A DNA stretch of 64,000 nt from a virus, in the IMG/VR virus record IMGVR_UViG_3300035042_000066. One strand, written 5' to 3'. Numbering within the stretch: the first letter of the stretch is position 1; every line of letters begins with the position of its first letter. Below, piece after piece: positions 47,755 to 57,991 of the stretch. The position numbers and the translations under genes were made by a program. Under the pieces are notes generated by a model, which was not told the origin of the DNA, made no database searches, and was given only the letters and a program-made list of their open reading frames with translations.

Positions 47755-48918
47755 ATGTGGTATAATACAATAGAAAGTGAGGTGATAGTAATGAAAATAA
47801 ACAAGGCTTATAAATTTAGACTTTATCCTAATAAAAAGCAGGAAGAGTTAATTAACAAAACTTTTGGAAGTGTTAGATTTATTTATAATAAAATGTTATC
47901 GGATAAGATAGATTATTATAAGTTGCATAAACAAAAATTAAATAACACTCCTGCTCAATATAAGAAAGAGTTTGGATGGTTGAAAGAAGTTGATAGTTTA
48001 GCACTATCAAACGCACAATTAAACTTACAGACTGCTTATAATAATTTTTTCAGAGATAAAAAAGCGGGATTTCCTAAATTCAAAAGTAAGAAAAAAGATA
48101 AAAATAGTTATACAACAAATAATCAAAAAGGAAGCATATCTTTATCTGAAAATAATAAAAAAATAAAACTTCCAAAGTTAGGATTAGTAAAAATTAAATG
48201 TCATAGAACAATTAAAGATAATGAAATTATTAAGTCTTGTACAATTTCACTATCACCTTCTGGAAAGTATTATATAAGTATATTGGTTGAATATGAAAAA
48301 GAAATAATCAAAGTAAAACCTAAAATAGAAAATGCAGTTGGATTAGATTTTTCTATGAAGGATATGTTAGTAGATAATAATGGTACGACAGCCAAATATC
48401 AATATTTCTATTATAAATATCAAGAAAAATTAGTCAAAGAACAAAAGAAATTATCAAGAAAGAAAAAAGGAAGTAAAAATAGAAATAAACAAAGACTGAA
48501 AGTTGCAAAAATTCATGAAAAAATAGTAAATTGCAGAAAAGATTTTCAACATAAATTATCAAGAGAATATGTAAATAATTTTGATGTAGTGTGTGTTGAA
48601 GATATTAATATGAAAAATATGTCAAGAATGTTAAATTTTTCTAAGAAAACTATGGACAATTCTTTTGGTTCATTCAGAGATATGCTCAAATATAAGTTAG
48701 AATTAGAAGGAAAATATTTTATAAAAATAGATAAGTGGTTTCCTAGTTCTAAGACTTGTAATGAGTGTGGGGTTATAAATTCTAAACTAAAATTAGGAGA
48801 ATTTGAGTGGATTTGTGATTCTTGTGGAAGTGTTATAAATAGAGACGTAAACGCAGCTAAAAATATAAAAGAAGAGGGTTTTAGAATATTAACCGAAGGA
48901 ACTTCGGGGATAGCTTAG
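47755..48918 (+). CDS. tnpB: RNA-guided nuclease TnpB
   Basis: KAYKFRLYP; RuvC GLD / VED / RDVNAA; Zn finger CNEC..CDSC. Confidence 0.95.
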   Translation: MWYNTIESEVIVMKINKAYKFRLYPNKKQEELINKTFGSVRFIYNKMLSDKIDYYKLHKQKLNNTPAQYKKEFGWLKEVDSLALSNAQLNLQTAYNNFFRDKKAGFPKFKSKKKDKNSYTTNNQKGSISLSENNKKIKLPKLGLVKIKCHRTIKDNEIIKSCTISLSPSGKYYISILVEYEKEIIKVKPKIENAVGLDFSMKDMLVDNNGTTAKYQYFYYKYQEKLVKEQKKLSRKKKGSKNRNKQRLKVAKIHEKIVNCRKDFQHKLSREYVNNFDVVCVEDINMKNMSRMLNFSKKTMDNSFGSFRDMLKYKLELEGKYFIKIDKWFPSSKTCNECGVINSKLKLGEFEWICDSCGSVINRDVNAAKNIKEEGFRILTEGTSGIA

Positions 48919-49368
48919 TAAATTTATTTGGCTAGTAAAAAGCAAATATTACCTAAGAAGCCCACAGGCTTTAGACTGTGGGTAGTTCACTTATAAATCA
49001 AGAGTAATTGAAGTAAATATAAATAAGATACCAGGTACTAATATAGCTTATTTTAAATTTGCGTCTGGTCCAAAAGTAGATAATAAAAGAGATTTAGATC
49101 CTATTACTGGTAACTTAAAACTACAAGATTCATCTGCTCTTAGTATATATAATAGAGTAATATATGTTTTGTTTGAATATCTTGAAAATAATAAAGAAAT
49201 AAATGAAGTTCAATTTCAAGCAGCTGATAAAGATTTACAAAAGATATATTCAGTAATGGTTAAAAATTCTAAATTTTTGAAAACTTTTGAAAGATATGGA
49301 TGGAAATATATGGGGTTTGAAAACGATAGTTATAAATTCGTATATGATTCAGAGGAATAAATGTTTAT

Positions 49369-50850
49369 ATGATTATTATTAATAAATTAAATGAATCATT
49401 TGTAAATCTACAGGGAGATTATGACGAACTATTAACATTAAAAGAACATTTAACATTTAAGGTTCCTAATGCTAAATTTATGCCCAAAGTAAAGGCGGGA
49501 ATATGGTCAGGAGATATATCATTACTTGAAAGAAATGGTAATTTGCCTATTGGTCTTTATCCAAAAGTAAAAGAACTTTGTAAACAACTAAATATTCCCT
49601 TCGAAAGTAATTTTACTAAAACTAGTATCAATATAACAGAAGATAATATTAATAGTTTTGTAAAAGAGATTAAGTGTAATTTAACTTGTAGAGATTATCA
49701 GATAAAAGCAATTATTGCGTCTTTTAAACAGCAGAAAAATATTGTCATATCTCCTACTGCATCGGGTAAAAGCATGATCCTTTTCCTGATAGCGATGTTA
49801 AATTTAAAGATAAATCCTAGTGCTAAAATATTATTAATAGTACCTTCTATAAATTTAGTAGATCAAATGAAAGGTGATTTTTTAGAGTACGGAGAAAATA
49901 CTAAATTACCTGAAATTCATACAATATATTCTGGACAAGAAAGACATAATGAATATCCCATAACTATTAGTACTTGGCAATCTTTACAAATGATTCAAGA
50001 TAAAGAATTTTTTGAAGATTTCGATGTAGTATTAGTAGATGAGGTTCATGGCGCTTCAAATTCTACTGGCCAAAAATCTATGTCAATGGTAGTTCAAAAA
50101 CTTATTCAAGCTTGTTCTAACGCTAAAATGAAAGTTGGTGTTTCAGGTACTATTCAAGATGAAAAAATAAATAGACTACAACTTGAAGGTTTATTTGGCA
50201 AAATCAATCAATTCACTAATACTAAAGAGTTAATGGATAAAGGCACATTATCTAAATTAGAAATTAATTTTTTAGTTTTAAATTACGAAGATAAGATAAG
50301 AAAGCAATGCTATAATTTACCTTATCCAGATGAAATGAAATTAATCACAGAAATAGAACAAAGAAGAAAATTTATTATTAACTTAGCTAAAAAGATTAAA
50401 GGTAAAAATGTATTAATATTATTCAGAAATATTGAATTTGGAAAGATGATTTATAATGATTTATTAGAACTAGAATTAGATAGAAATATTCATTACGTAT
50501 CAGGTGAAACTAAAGGTAAAGATAGAGAAGAAACTAGACAAACTTCTATAGAAGATACTGATGGAATAATCGTGGCTAGTATTGGTGTTTTTGCGACAGG
50601 TGTGAATATCCCTAATTTAGATTATTTAATATTTGCTCAATCTCAAAAATCTAAAATCAAGGTACTTCAATCTATTGGTCGTGTAATAAGAAAAAGTAAA
50701 TCTAAAAACAAAGCAACTGTTATTGATCTAGTAGATAATTTATCTTGGAAAAGAAAACAAAATTTTTCTTTAAAACATGGTATGGAAAGAATGGAATTAT
50801 ATGACAAAGAACAATTTGAATATGATATTAAAGAGATAAATATAAAGTAA
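49369..50850 (+). CDS. uvsW: SF2 helicase UvsW
   Basis: RDYQ, SPTASGKS, DEVH, QSIGRVIR. Confidence 0.93.
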   Translation: MIIINKLNESFVNLQGDYDELLTLKEHLTFKVPNAKFMPKVKAGIWSGDISLLERNGNLPIGLYPKVKELCKQLNIPFESNFTKTSINITEDNINSFVKEIKCNLTCRDYQIKAIIASFKQQKNIVISPTASGKSMILFLIAMLNLKINPSAKILLIVPSINLVDQMKGDFLEYGENTKLPEIHTIYSGQERHNEYPITISTWQSLQMIQDKEFFEDFDVVLVDEVHGASNSTGQKSMSMVVQKLIQACSNAKMKVGVSGTIQDEKINRLQLEGLFGKINQFTNTKELMDKGTLSKLEINFLVLNYEDKIRKQCYNLPYPDEMKLITEIEQRRKFIINLAKKIKGKNVLILFRNIEFGKMIYNDLLELELDRNIHYVSGETKGKDREETRQTSIEDTDGIIVASIGVFATGVNIPNLDYLIFAQSQKSKIKVLQSIGRVIRKSKSKNKATVIDLVDNLSWKRKQNFSLKHGMERMELYDKEQFEYDIKEINIK

Positions 50851-50868
50851 TATATTTAGGGTTTAATT

Positions 50869-51312
50869 ATGGGAAATAAATATTCTAAGGCAAGAAAGGG
50901 ATTGTATAAACCTAAAAATCCACATAAATGGGTATCACCGAATAATATAATTTTCAGATCGAGCATTGAGCAAAGGTGGTTCAATTATTTTGATCTAAAT
51001 AAAGATGTTATTTCAATCGCCAGTGAGAAGATTATTGTTCCATACTTCAATCCCATAAAAAATAGACCAGCTAGATATTATATTGATTTAATTGTTAAGT
51101 ATAAAGATAAAGAAGGAAATATTCAAGTTAAATTAATAGAAATAAAAAGTTCAGGTGAAACTAGAGCACCAAAGAAACCTCAAAGAATTACTGAAAATTA
51201 TAAAAGCGCATTAGCAACATATTTAGTAAATCAAGCAAAATGGGATGCCGCTATTAAGTACGCCCAGAAAAGAAATTGGGAATTTGTTGTTCTAACAGAG
51301 AGACATTTGTAA
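50869..51312 (+). CDS. 4: head completion nuclease gp4
   Basis: YKPKNPHKW..IFRSSIE..RYYIDL..IEIK..NQAKWDAA. Confidence 0.9.
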   Translation: MGNKYSKARKGLYKPKNPHKWVSPNNIIFRSSIEQRWFNYFDLNKDVISIASEKIIVPYFNPIKNRPARYYIDLIVKYKDKEGNIQVKLIEIKSSGETRAPKKPQRITENYKSALATYLVNQAKWDAAIKYAQKRNWEFVVLTERHL

Positions 51313-51840
51313 ATGGCTAAAAAACTTCCAAAACAGGTACAAACACTGATAGATGAGATTACAAAAGAAGATGCCGAGATTGTTAAACCTGGTAAAAAAT
51401 TAAAATTATCTAATTTATATCTATATTATTATCCTGATCCAAAAACAAAAGCCAAGTTGGACGTATATGATACATTACCTCTAATTGTATTGTTAGATGT
51501 TCCTGATGGCAAATACGTCTTGGGAATTAATTTACATTATATCCCGTACCTAAAAAGATTACAATTCATGAAGGGTTTAATGGGAAAAGGTACTAAAATA
51601 AAATATTCTGATATACAAAAAGCTTGGAAAGATGCGAAAATACCAAATGCTTATGCTAATTTAGCTATTAGAAAATATTTAGTTAATAGGATTGCTAGTA
51701 ATATAAGAGTTTTTGAAGATCCTGAAGATCAATATAGAATAGTTAAAGAAGTTCTTCCAGACTTTAAGAAAAAATCAATGCCTCAAGTTTATCGTGATAT
51801 AGAAAAACAATTAACTAGACAACGAAAAAAGAATAAATAA
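51313..51840 (+). CDS. 2: DNA end protector gp2
   Basis: YPDPKTK..YDTLPL..GINLHY. Confidence 0.85.
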   Translation: MAKKLPKQVQTLIDEITKEDAEIVKPGKKLKLSNLYLYYYPDPKTKAKLDVYDTLPLIVLLDVPDGKYVLGINLHYIPYLKRLQFMKGLMGKGTKIKYSDIQKAWKDAKIPNAYANLAIRKYLVNRIASNIRVFEDPEDQYRIVKEVLPDFKKKSMPQVYRDIEKQLTRQRKKNK

Positions 51841-51847
51841 TTTAAAT

Positions 51848-51856
51848 AGATAAATA
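51848..51856 (+). promoter_or_regulatory. putative late promoter (portal)
   Basis: AGATAAATA. Confidence 0.7.
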
Positions 51857-51915
51857 CTTATAGAAACTAATAGGAACAAACTGAATACTTTTCACATTAT
51901 CACATTGGAATAATT

Positions 51916-53388
51916 ATGGGATTAATTAATAATATAAAATCAGTTTTTGGAAAAAAGGAAGAAGGTGTTGAATATCAAGAAGTGCCTAATTCTTTTGAAA
52001 TTGATAATAAAGAACAAGAACCTGAAGTAGAGATAGTTAACAGCTCTAAGAGTTTCGAAACATATAAATACGATATTAATTTTGATAGTACTGCTAATAA
52101 TGTAGCACAGCAAATTAAAGAATATCGTGAAATAGCTAAATATCCAGAAGTAGATGAAGCTATTCAAGAAATAGTTAATGAAGCTATTGTTATGGATGGT
52201 ACTGATGTTGTTGATTTAATGATCGACAGTGAAGAAGTTAAAGATAATTTAAAAGAAACTATTAGAGAAGAATTTAAAGATATAGTTTCTATGATGAAAT
52301 TAAATCAACAAGGCGATGAATTATTTCGTCAATGGTACGAAGACGGAAGATTATATTTACATGGTAAATTAAATCTAAATAAACCAAAAGATGGTATCCA
52401 AGAAATAAAAAAATTAGCTCCATTTAATTTAAAACAAATTAAAGAAGATGGTAAGTTATATTTCATTTATGATGATGGTAAATCTGCTAAAGCTATGAAA
52501 ATTCCATCTGAGCATATTACTTTTATTCATTCTACTTTAACTGATCCTGATAAGAAATATTATATTAGTCATTTACATAAGGCGATTAAACCTTATAATC
52601 AATTAAAAATGCTTGAGGATGCTGCTGTTATTTATAGAATAACAAGAGCGCCTGAACGAAGAGTATTTTATATTGACGTAGGACAAATGAATAAATCTAA
52701 GGCAGAATCTTATGTTGCTGGATTAGTTAACAAATTTAAAAATAAGATCACTTATGATGCTAATTCAGGAAAAGTAACTCAAAGTAACAATTCAATGTCT
52801 ATGACTGAAGACTTTTGGTTACCATCTTCTGGAGATGGGGGAAAAGGAACTAAAGTAGATGTACTTCCCGCTGGACAAAATTTAAATCAACTTGATGATA
52901 TTCAATATTTCAATAAGAAATTAAAAAAATCACTTAACGTTCCATTTTCTAGATTTTCATCAGACGAAAGATCAGTTCTTGATTTTGGTAGTAGAAGTAC
53001 TGAATTAGAAAGAGATGAAGTACGTTTCGCTAAATTTATTAATAAATTAAGATTTCATTTCGCGGCAGGTTTATTTGATCTTCTAAAGAAACAATTAGTA
53101 TTTAAAGGTATTTTAGATATAGAAGATTGGTATAAATACAAAGATTATTTCAGTTTACAATGGAACAGTGATTCATATTTTTCTGAATTAAAAGAAAATG
53201 AGATATTAAAAGCAAGATTAGAAACTGTAGACTCAATGAGAGATCATATCGGAAAATATTATTCTCATGATTATGTTATGAGAAATATTTTAAAGATGAC
53301 TGAAGAAGAGATAGAAGAAGAAAAGAAGAAAATTAAAGAAGAGAAAAACGATGAAATTTATAAACAAGAAGATGACGGAGGTTGGTAA
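51916..53388 (+). CDS. 20: portal protein gp20
   Basis: FRQWYEDGRL, LKMLEDAAVIYRITRAPERRVFYIDVG. Confidence 0.97.
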   Translation: MGLINNIKSVFGKKEEGVEYQEVPNSFEIDNKEQEPEVEIVNSSKSFETYKYDINFDSTANNVAQQIKEYREIAKYPEVDEAIQEIVNEAIVMDGTDVVDLMIDSEEVKDNLKETIREEFKDIVSMMKLNQQGDELFRQWYEDGRLYLHGKLNLNKPKDGIQEIKKLAPFNLKQIKEDGKLYFIYDDGKSAKAMKIPSEHITFIHSTLTDPDKKYYISHLHKAIKPYNQLKMLEDAAVIYRITRAPERRVFYIDVGQMNKSKAESYVAGLVNKFKNKITYDANSGKVTQSNNSMSMTEDFWLPSSGDGGKGTKVDVLPAGQNLNQLDDIQYFNKKLKKSLNVPFSRFSSDERSVLDFGSRSTELERDEVRFAKFINKLRFHFAAGLFDLLKKQLVFKGILDIEDWYKYKDYFSLQWNSDSYFSELKENEILKARLETVDSMRDHIGKYYSHDYVMRNILKMTEEEIEEEKKKIKEEKNDEIYKQEDDGGW

Positions 53389-53558
53389 TGAGTATTAACG
53401 ATTTATTAAAAAGTGCGTCTGATAAAAAACCATCAGATTTTACAAATACATTCAAAGGTTTAGTAAACGATAGAGTACAACAAAAACTAAGAGATAAATT
53501 AAATTTAGGTGAACCTTCTGATGATGATACTGATGAAGGGGAAAAAGACAATGAATAA
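53388..53558 (+). CDS. 67: prohead core protein (gp67-like)
   Basis: Manual ORF MSINDLL...acidic tail, between genes 20 and 21. Confidence 0.6.
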   Translation: MSINDLLKSASDKKPSDFTNTFKGLVNDRVQQKLRDKLNLGEPSDDDTDEGEKDNE

Positions 53559-54231
53559 TAGTTATAAACTTATTAAAGAGTTTAATACAGAAATTGTTAC
53601 TGAATCTGTATTAGACGAATCGGGTAAACGGAAATGGACTATATCAGGAGTGACTTTACAATCCGACATTAAAAATAAGAATAATAGAATTTATCCAAAG
53701 GCTGTTTTGTCTGAAGCGATAAATAAACATATAAATTCTTATATGAAAACATCTCGTGCATTAGGAGAATTAAATCATCCAGATAGTGGAATGTCATCTA
53801 TTAATCTTGACAGAGTATCGCACAAATTCGTTGAAGTAAAAGAAGATAACAATAATTTTATTACTAAAGCAGAAGTACTAGATACTCCTTGTGGTAAAAT
53901 TGTTCAAAATCTTCTAGAAGGTGGAGTCCAACTGGGAATTTCTTCAAGAGGTTTAGGTAATGTAAAAAATGCTAAAGATCATTCTTTAGTAGAAAGTTTA
54001 TATTTAGTTTCACTCGGCGATATAGTTTCTGATCCATCTGCTCCAAATGCTTTTGTTAACGGAGTTTTAGAATCAGTAGAATTTGAATTAACTGAAAGTG
54101 GTAATTTTATTCAAAAAGAAGTTTTTAATGAAATGGATAAATATAATCAAATCATTAAAAAAGCAAAACCTGAAGAGATAAATAAAGCAGTACAACAAAT
54201 TTTTAATGAATTTTTAACTAAAGTTAAATAA
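53551..54231 (+). CDS. 21: prohead protease gp21
   Basis: KNKNNRIYP, ALGELNHP, GISSRGLG. Confidence 0.95.
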   Translation: MNNSYKLIKEFNTEIVTESVLDESGKRKWTISGVTLQSDIKNKNNRIYPKAVLSEAINKHINSYMKTSRALGELNHPDSGMSSINLDRVSHKFVEVKEDNNNFITKAEVLDTPCGKIVQNLLEGGVQLGISSRGLGNVKNAKDHSLVESLYLVSLGDIVSDPSAPNAFVNGVLESVEFELTESGNFIQKEVFNEMDKYNQIIKKAKPEEINKAVQQIFNEFLTKVK

Positions 54232-54250
54232 GTTTTAGAAAATTCTGAAT

Positions 54251-54259
54251 AGATAAATA
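54251..54259 (+). promoter_or_regulatory. putative late promoter (gp22)
   Basis: AGATAAATA. Confidence 0.7.
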
Positions 54260-54317
54260 TATATAACTATTTGGGAAATATCTAAATAACAACAAAAACT
54301 TAGAAGGAGAAATATTA

Positions 54318-55016
54318 ATGAACGAACTAATCGAGGCGATTAAAGCTAAACTCGGTGAGGATGTAATCACTGAGGAAATGGCTACCGATCTCCAAGCTTC
54401 TATAGATGTTCTAGTAAATGAGCAAGTACAAACTAAACTCACTGAAAAAGAACAAGAGCTTGAAGAATCAACAGCTAAAGAAATGTCAGAATTTAAGGAT
54501 TCACTAATTGAATCAGTAGATAATTATATTGAATATGCTGCTGATGAATACCTTAAAGAAAATGAAATTGCTATTGAAGCAGGTTCTAAAGTACAAGCTG
54601 CTGAAAAAATTATCGAATCTGTAAAGGGAGTATTCAAAGAAGTTGGTATCGAAATTCCAGAAGAAGAGGTTGATCGTTTTAAAGAACTAGAATCTAAACT
54701 TGAAGAAACTGAAGAAAAACTAAACAGTAAACTTGAAGAAGTTATCGAGGCTAAAAAGCAACAGTTTGAATTTGAAAAAGCAATTTCTTTCATGAAGAAA
54801 ACTGAACAACTGTCTGAAGCAAAAGTAGATGAAGTTCATGATCTTATGGAAGGTCTTGAGTACAAAGATATTACAGACTTTGAAAAGAAAGTTGATATCG
54901 TTATCGAAAAGGTAACTAAAGTTTCTAAACAAGAAGATAGCGAGTTTGATGAACTAGAAGAAAGTACTGATCCTGACAAAAAAGTTTCTTCTATTGATAA
55001 ATACCTACAACGTTAA
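54318..55016 (+). CDS. 22: prohead scaffold gp22
   Basis: Acidic coiled coil; VDNYIEYAADEYLKENEIAI. Confidence 0.9.
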   Translation: MNELIEAIKAKLGEDVITEEMATDLQASIDVLVNEQVQTKLTEKEQELEESTAKEMSEFKDSLIESVDNYIEYAADEYLKENEIAIEAGSKVQAAEKIIESVKGVFKEVGIEIPEEEVDRFKELESKLEETEEKLNSKLEEVIEAKKQQFEFEKAISFMKKTEQLSEAKVDEVHDLMEGLEYKDITDFEKKVDIVIEKVTKVSKQEDSEFDELEESTDPDKKVSSIDKYLQR

Positions 55017-55033
55017 ATTAAAATTTATCCAAG

Positions 55034-55042
55034 AGATAAATA
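55034..55042 (+). promoter_or_regulatory. putative late promoter (gp23)
   Basis: AGATAAATA, followed by AAGAACAATT x3. Confidence 0.75.
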
Positions 55043-55122
55043 AGTAAGAACAATTAAGAACAATTAAGAACAAATAAATTACAGTCAAAATAAAGACTAA
55101 CTAATAAAGGAGTTAAAATAAA

Positions 55123-56505
55123 ATGGCTGAAGAAAAAGTAATTCTACAATCAAAAGATGCTCTTATTGAAAAATGGAGCCCAGTAATTGAAGGTACTGGT
55201 AAATGGGAAAGTGTTGTTGAAGGAGCACCTAAAGTAAAAGATGAAGGTCTCATGGCAACACAACTAGAAATTCTAGAGCAAACAGAACTAAAAGAAGCAA
55301 GTACCACTTCTGCTGTTTCTACTTATACACCTGTTCTAATCCCTATGGTTAGACGTGTTATGCCTGCTCTAATTGGTAATGATATTTTTGGTACTCAACC
55401 AATGAGCGGTCCTTCCGGTATGATTTTCGCTCTAAAATCTCTATACACTAACGACAGTGTTAATCCTATTGCACATAATGCTGGTAAGATTCTTGTACTA
55501 GCTGATGCTTCTGGTTTTGTTGTTGGCGATAGTATCGCATCTACTGATGATGATACCGTAGTTGACCCAGTAGAAACAGCAGTAGGTGTTGTTCGCCATA
55601 TTGAAGGAAATACTATTCTAGTTGACACTATTTCTGGTACATGGACTTCTGGTGAAGAAGTTGTTAATGCGGCTACAGTTGCTCAAAATGCTGGTATTAC
55701 TACTATTTCTGCTGTATATGACGCAGAAACTCTACAGAATGTTGTATTCACTAACTATTCTGGAACTTATGCTACATCTGCTGGTGAAGCACTAAGTACA
55801 GATATGAAAGAAACTGGTTTTGAAGTTATCAGTACTACTGTTAATGCTAAAACCCGTAAACTAAAAGCAAAATGGACTCTTGAACTAGAAGATGATCTAA
55901 AAGCTGTTCACGGTATGAATGCTGAACAGCTTCTAACTGGATTCTCTTCTGATGAAATGATCCGTGAAATGAATGGTGAATTCATCAATACTGTTAAAGG
56001 TTATGCCGGTGAAACTAATACCTTTACTTATAGCGGTGCTGTTGATACACAAGGTCGTTACGAGAATGAGAAATATCAAGCACTAGCTAATGAGATTTCT
56101 CGTCAGAAACTTTATGTTTCTCAGACCTCTATGCGTGGTCAAGCAACTTGGATGATCGTTTCTCCTGGAGTTCTAACTGCTCTTGAAGCACTAGGTATGC
56201 AACGTAATACTGACCCATTTGACAATACTTATATGGGTACTTACAAGAACATGAATGTTTATGTTGATCTATTTAATACTGAAGCTCAAGACTTTATCTA
56301 CTTCGGTTATAAAGGTAATTCCGAAATTGACGCTGGTATGTTCTATTGCCCATATGTACCACTAAAGATTAACAAGGGCTACGGAGAAGAGGATAACATT
56401 CCTCGTCTATTCTTCTCAACTCGCTACGGTTTGGTTGAGAATCCTTTCGGAGCCTCTTCATTTTATCGTAAGTTGGTTGTAGCTGACTTACCCAGCGCTA
56501 GCTAA
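55123..56505 (+). CDS. 23: major capsid protein gp23
   Basis: GTQPMSGPSGMIFAL, RKLKAKWTLELEDDL, FYCPYVPL, TRYGLVENPF. Confidence 0.97.
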   Translation: MAEEKVILQSKDALIEKWSPVIEGTGKWESVVEGAPKVKDEGLMATQLEILEQTELKEASTTSAVSTYTPVLIPMVRRVMPALIGNDIFGTQPMSGPSGMIFALKSLYTNDSVNPIAHNAGKILVLADASGFVVGDSIASTDDDTVVDPVETAVGVVRHIEGNTILVDTISGTWTSGEEVVNAATVAQNAGITTISAVYDAETLQNVVFTNYSGTYATSAGEALSTDMKETGFEVISTTVNAKTRKLKAKWTLELEDDLKAVHGMNAEQLLTGFSSDEMIREMNGEFINTVKGYAGETNTFTYSGAVDTQGRYENEKYQALANEISRQKLYVSQTSMRGQATWMIVSPGVLTALEALGMQRNTDPFDNTYMGTYKNMNVYVDLFNTEAQDFIYFGYKGNSEIDAGMFYCPYVPLKINKGYGEEDNIPRLFFSTRYGLVENPFGASSFYRKLVVADLPSAS

Positions 56506-56523
56506 TTTAATTTAGTGTAAAAT

Positions 56524-56561
56524 AAAAAGAGGGTCTACTTAATTGTAGACCCTCTTTTTTT
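56524..56561. terminator. bidirectional terminator after gene 23
   Basis: AAAAAGAGGGTCTAC/GTAGACCCTCTTTTT. Confidence 0.88.
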
Positions 56562-56790
56562 AATGTCCGTTTTTAATCATACAGTCAAAACATTCAAAAC
56601 CGTAAGTAGCTGTAGCATAGCCATCTTTTTGTTTAGTAATTTCTCCACAAGAAGAACAAATAGCTTTATTTTCTGAATTCAATTTATTCTCTTCAATTAT
56701 CTTATCTCTATACATGTCTATAATTTCTTTTACCATAATTCCCTCCATCTCAAAAAGTGTTATCATCAACTTACAAATATAATATATCAT
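56560..56790 (-). CDS. small Zn-finger protein with its own early promoter
   Basis: CSSC..CFDC; GTTTAC..TATGAT upstream. Confidence 0.5.
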   Translation of the reverse strand: MIYYICKLMITLFEMEGIMVKEIIDMYRDKIIEENKLNSENKAICSSCGEITKQKDGYATATYGFECFDCMIKNGH

Positions 56791-56832
56791 ACTAAGAATC
56801 AGAAGTAAACAAAAAAATGCATTTTTTTATAG

Positions 56833-56841
56833 AGATAAATA
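56833..56841 (+). promoter_or_regulatory. putative late promoter (baseplate operon)
   Basis: AGATAAATA. Confidence 0.7.
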
Positions 56842-56865
56842 CAAATATAACAAATAAGTTTATAA

Positions 56866-57537
56866 TTGGAGAATATAATGTTAAAATTTTCAACAGAGAC
56901 AAATGATTCATTTATGATGACTCCATATACATATAATGTACAAAATAATAAAAGTGCAAATAAAAGTCCTAATGTAGTTCGTTCTTCTAAAGCAGATGAA
57001 TCTATAATTTTACCAACACCATCCAGTGGGTTAACATTAACAGAATCTGGACAATGGGAAGATGTAGCAGGTTTAATTGATTTAGGAAAGGGAATATCTC
57101 AAGGAGTTTCTAAAAAAGTATTAGAAATGACTGGTCCAGTTATGGAACATGCTCAAAAAGGTATGTTCTTAAACGATTATTCTTCTTTAGCATATAGGGG
57201 TTCTGATTTTAGACAATATTCCTTTAGTTGGACATTAATACCTAAATCTGAAAAAGAATCAAGAATTATAGCTGATATAATTAGAACTATAAGAAAAAAT
57301 ACATTACCTGATTATTATACATCTAATGGTTTTGTAAAATATCCTAACATGTGGGCAATATTTCCTACATTGAATGATAAATTAGAATTTTATTTACAAG
57401 ATTGTGTTATAACAAATTTTTCAGTTAATTATTCTCCTGAATCTATTTTAAGAACCTATAAATCAGGTTATCCAGTTTCTGTTGAATTTTCTATAGAAGT
57501 TAAAGAACTTTATAGAGCTAACGTTAATGATATATAG
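56866..57537 (+). CDS. 48: baseplate tail-tube cap gp48-like
   Basis: FRQYSFSWTLIPKSEKES..YPN..CVITNFSVNYSP. Confidence 0.8.
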   Translation: MENIMLKFSTETNDSFMMTPYTYNVQNNKSANKSPNVVRSSKADESIILPTPSSGLTLTESGQWEDVAGLIDLGKGISQGVSKKVLEMTGPVMEHAQKGMFLNDYSSLAYRGSDFRQYSFSWTLIPKSEKESRIIADIIRTIRKNTLPDYYTSNGFVKYPNMWAIFPTLNDKLEFYLQDCVITNFSVNYSPESILRTYKSGYPVSVEFSIEVKELYRANVNDI

Positions 57538-57546
57538 GAGAATAAA

Positions 57547-57981
57547 ATGCAATATTTTGAAAATTTAGAAATATTAAATTATTCTATACCAAACTATCCT
57601 GACGCTAAATTAAGAAATATATTTAATACTCTAAAATTAGATATAGATGAAGATTTTATTCAAACTTATAGAATAGATGAAGTAAAACGTTTAGATCAAA
57701 TTTCTTATGAATTATATGAAACAACAAATTATTGGTGGATTATTGCTTTATTAAATGATATTAATGATATTATATTTGATATACCAGTTTCTGATGAAGT
57801 ATTAATGGAAGCTGCTAAGAAAAAAACTTTAGAAGAATATGAAACTATAGAAGCAGGAATGGATTATTATTTAGAATTGTATGAACAATATCAAGAAGTT
57901 AATGAATCTAAAAGAGTAATTAATGTTGTAATTCCATCTTATATCAGTAGAGTTATCACTGAAATAGTTAGATCACTATAA
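57547..57981 (+). CDS. 53: baseplate wedge gp53
   Basis: YFEN..RLDQISYELY..YWWIIALLN. Confidence 0.85.
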   Translation: MQYFENLEILNYSIPNYPDAKLRNIFNTLKLDIDEDFIQTYRIDEVKRLDQISYELYETTNYWWIIALLNDINDIIFDIPVSDEVLMEAAKKKTLEEYETIEAGMDYYLELYEQYQEVNESKRVINVVIPSYISRVITEIVRSL

Positions 57982-57991
57982 AGGTCTTTAT

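Larger units (their letters stand above)
47281..48990 (+). mobile_element. IS200/IS605-family element (tnpA + tnpB)
   Basis: TTTAA target 5' of left end; identical CCCACAGGCTTTAGACTGTGGG hairpins at both ends; right end TCAC; no target duplication. Confidence 0.95.
47114..49360 (+). pseudogene. putative internal-protein gene split by the IS (47114-47280 + 48991-49360)
   Basis: Removing the IS gives in-frame GRTYF-N-YKSRVIEV, matching the paralog STYFNYSSKIIEV. Confidence 0.9.

Noticed and set aside
47755-48918. Nuclease-dead TnpB (TldR-like) repressor
   Set aside because: All three RuvC acidic residues are present and tnpA is adjacent
47281-48990. IStron (intron-IS chimera)
   Set aside because: No group I P/Q/R/S elements between the left end and tnpA; only about 50 nt precede tnpA
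55045-55075. AAGAACAATT x3 in the gene 23 leader
   Set aside because: Short low-complexity repeat with no supportable function
53333-55628. Minus-strand ORFs within the head gene cluster
   Set aside because: Antisense to well-supported genes 20-23
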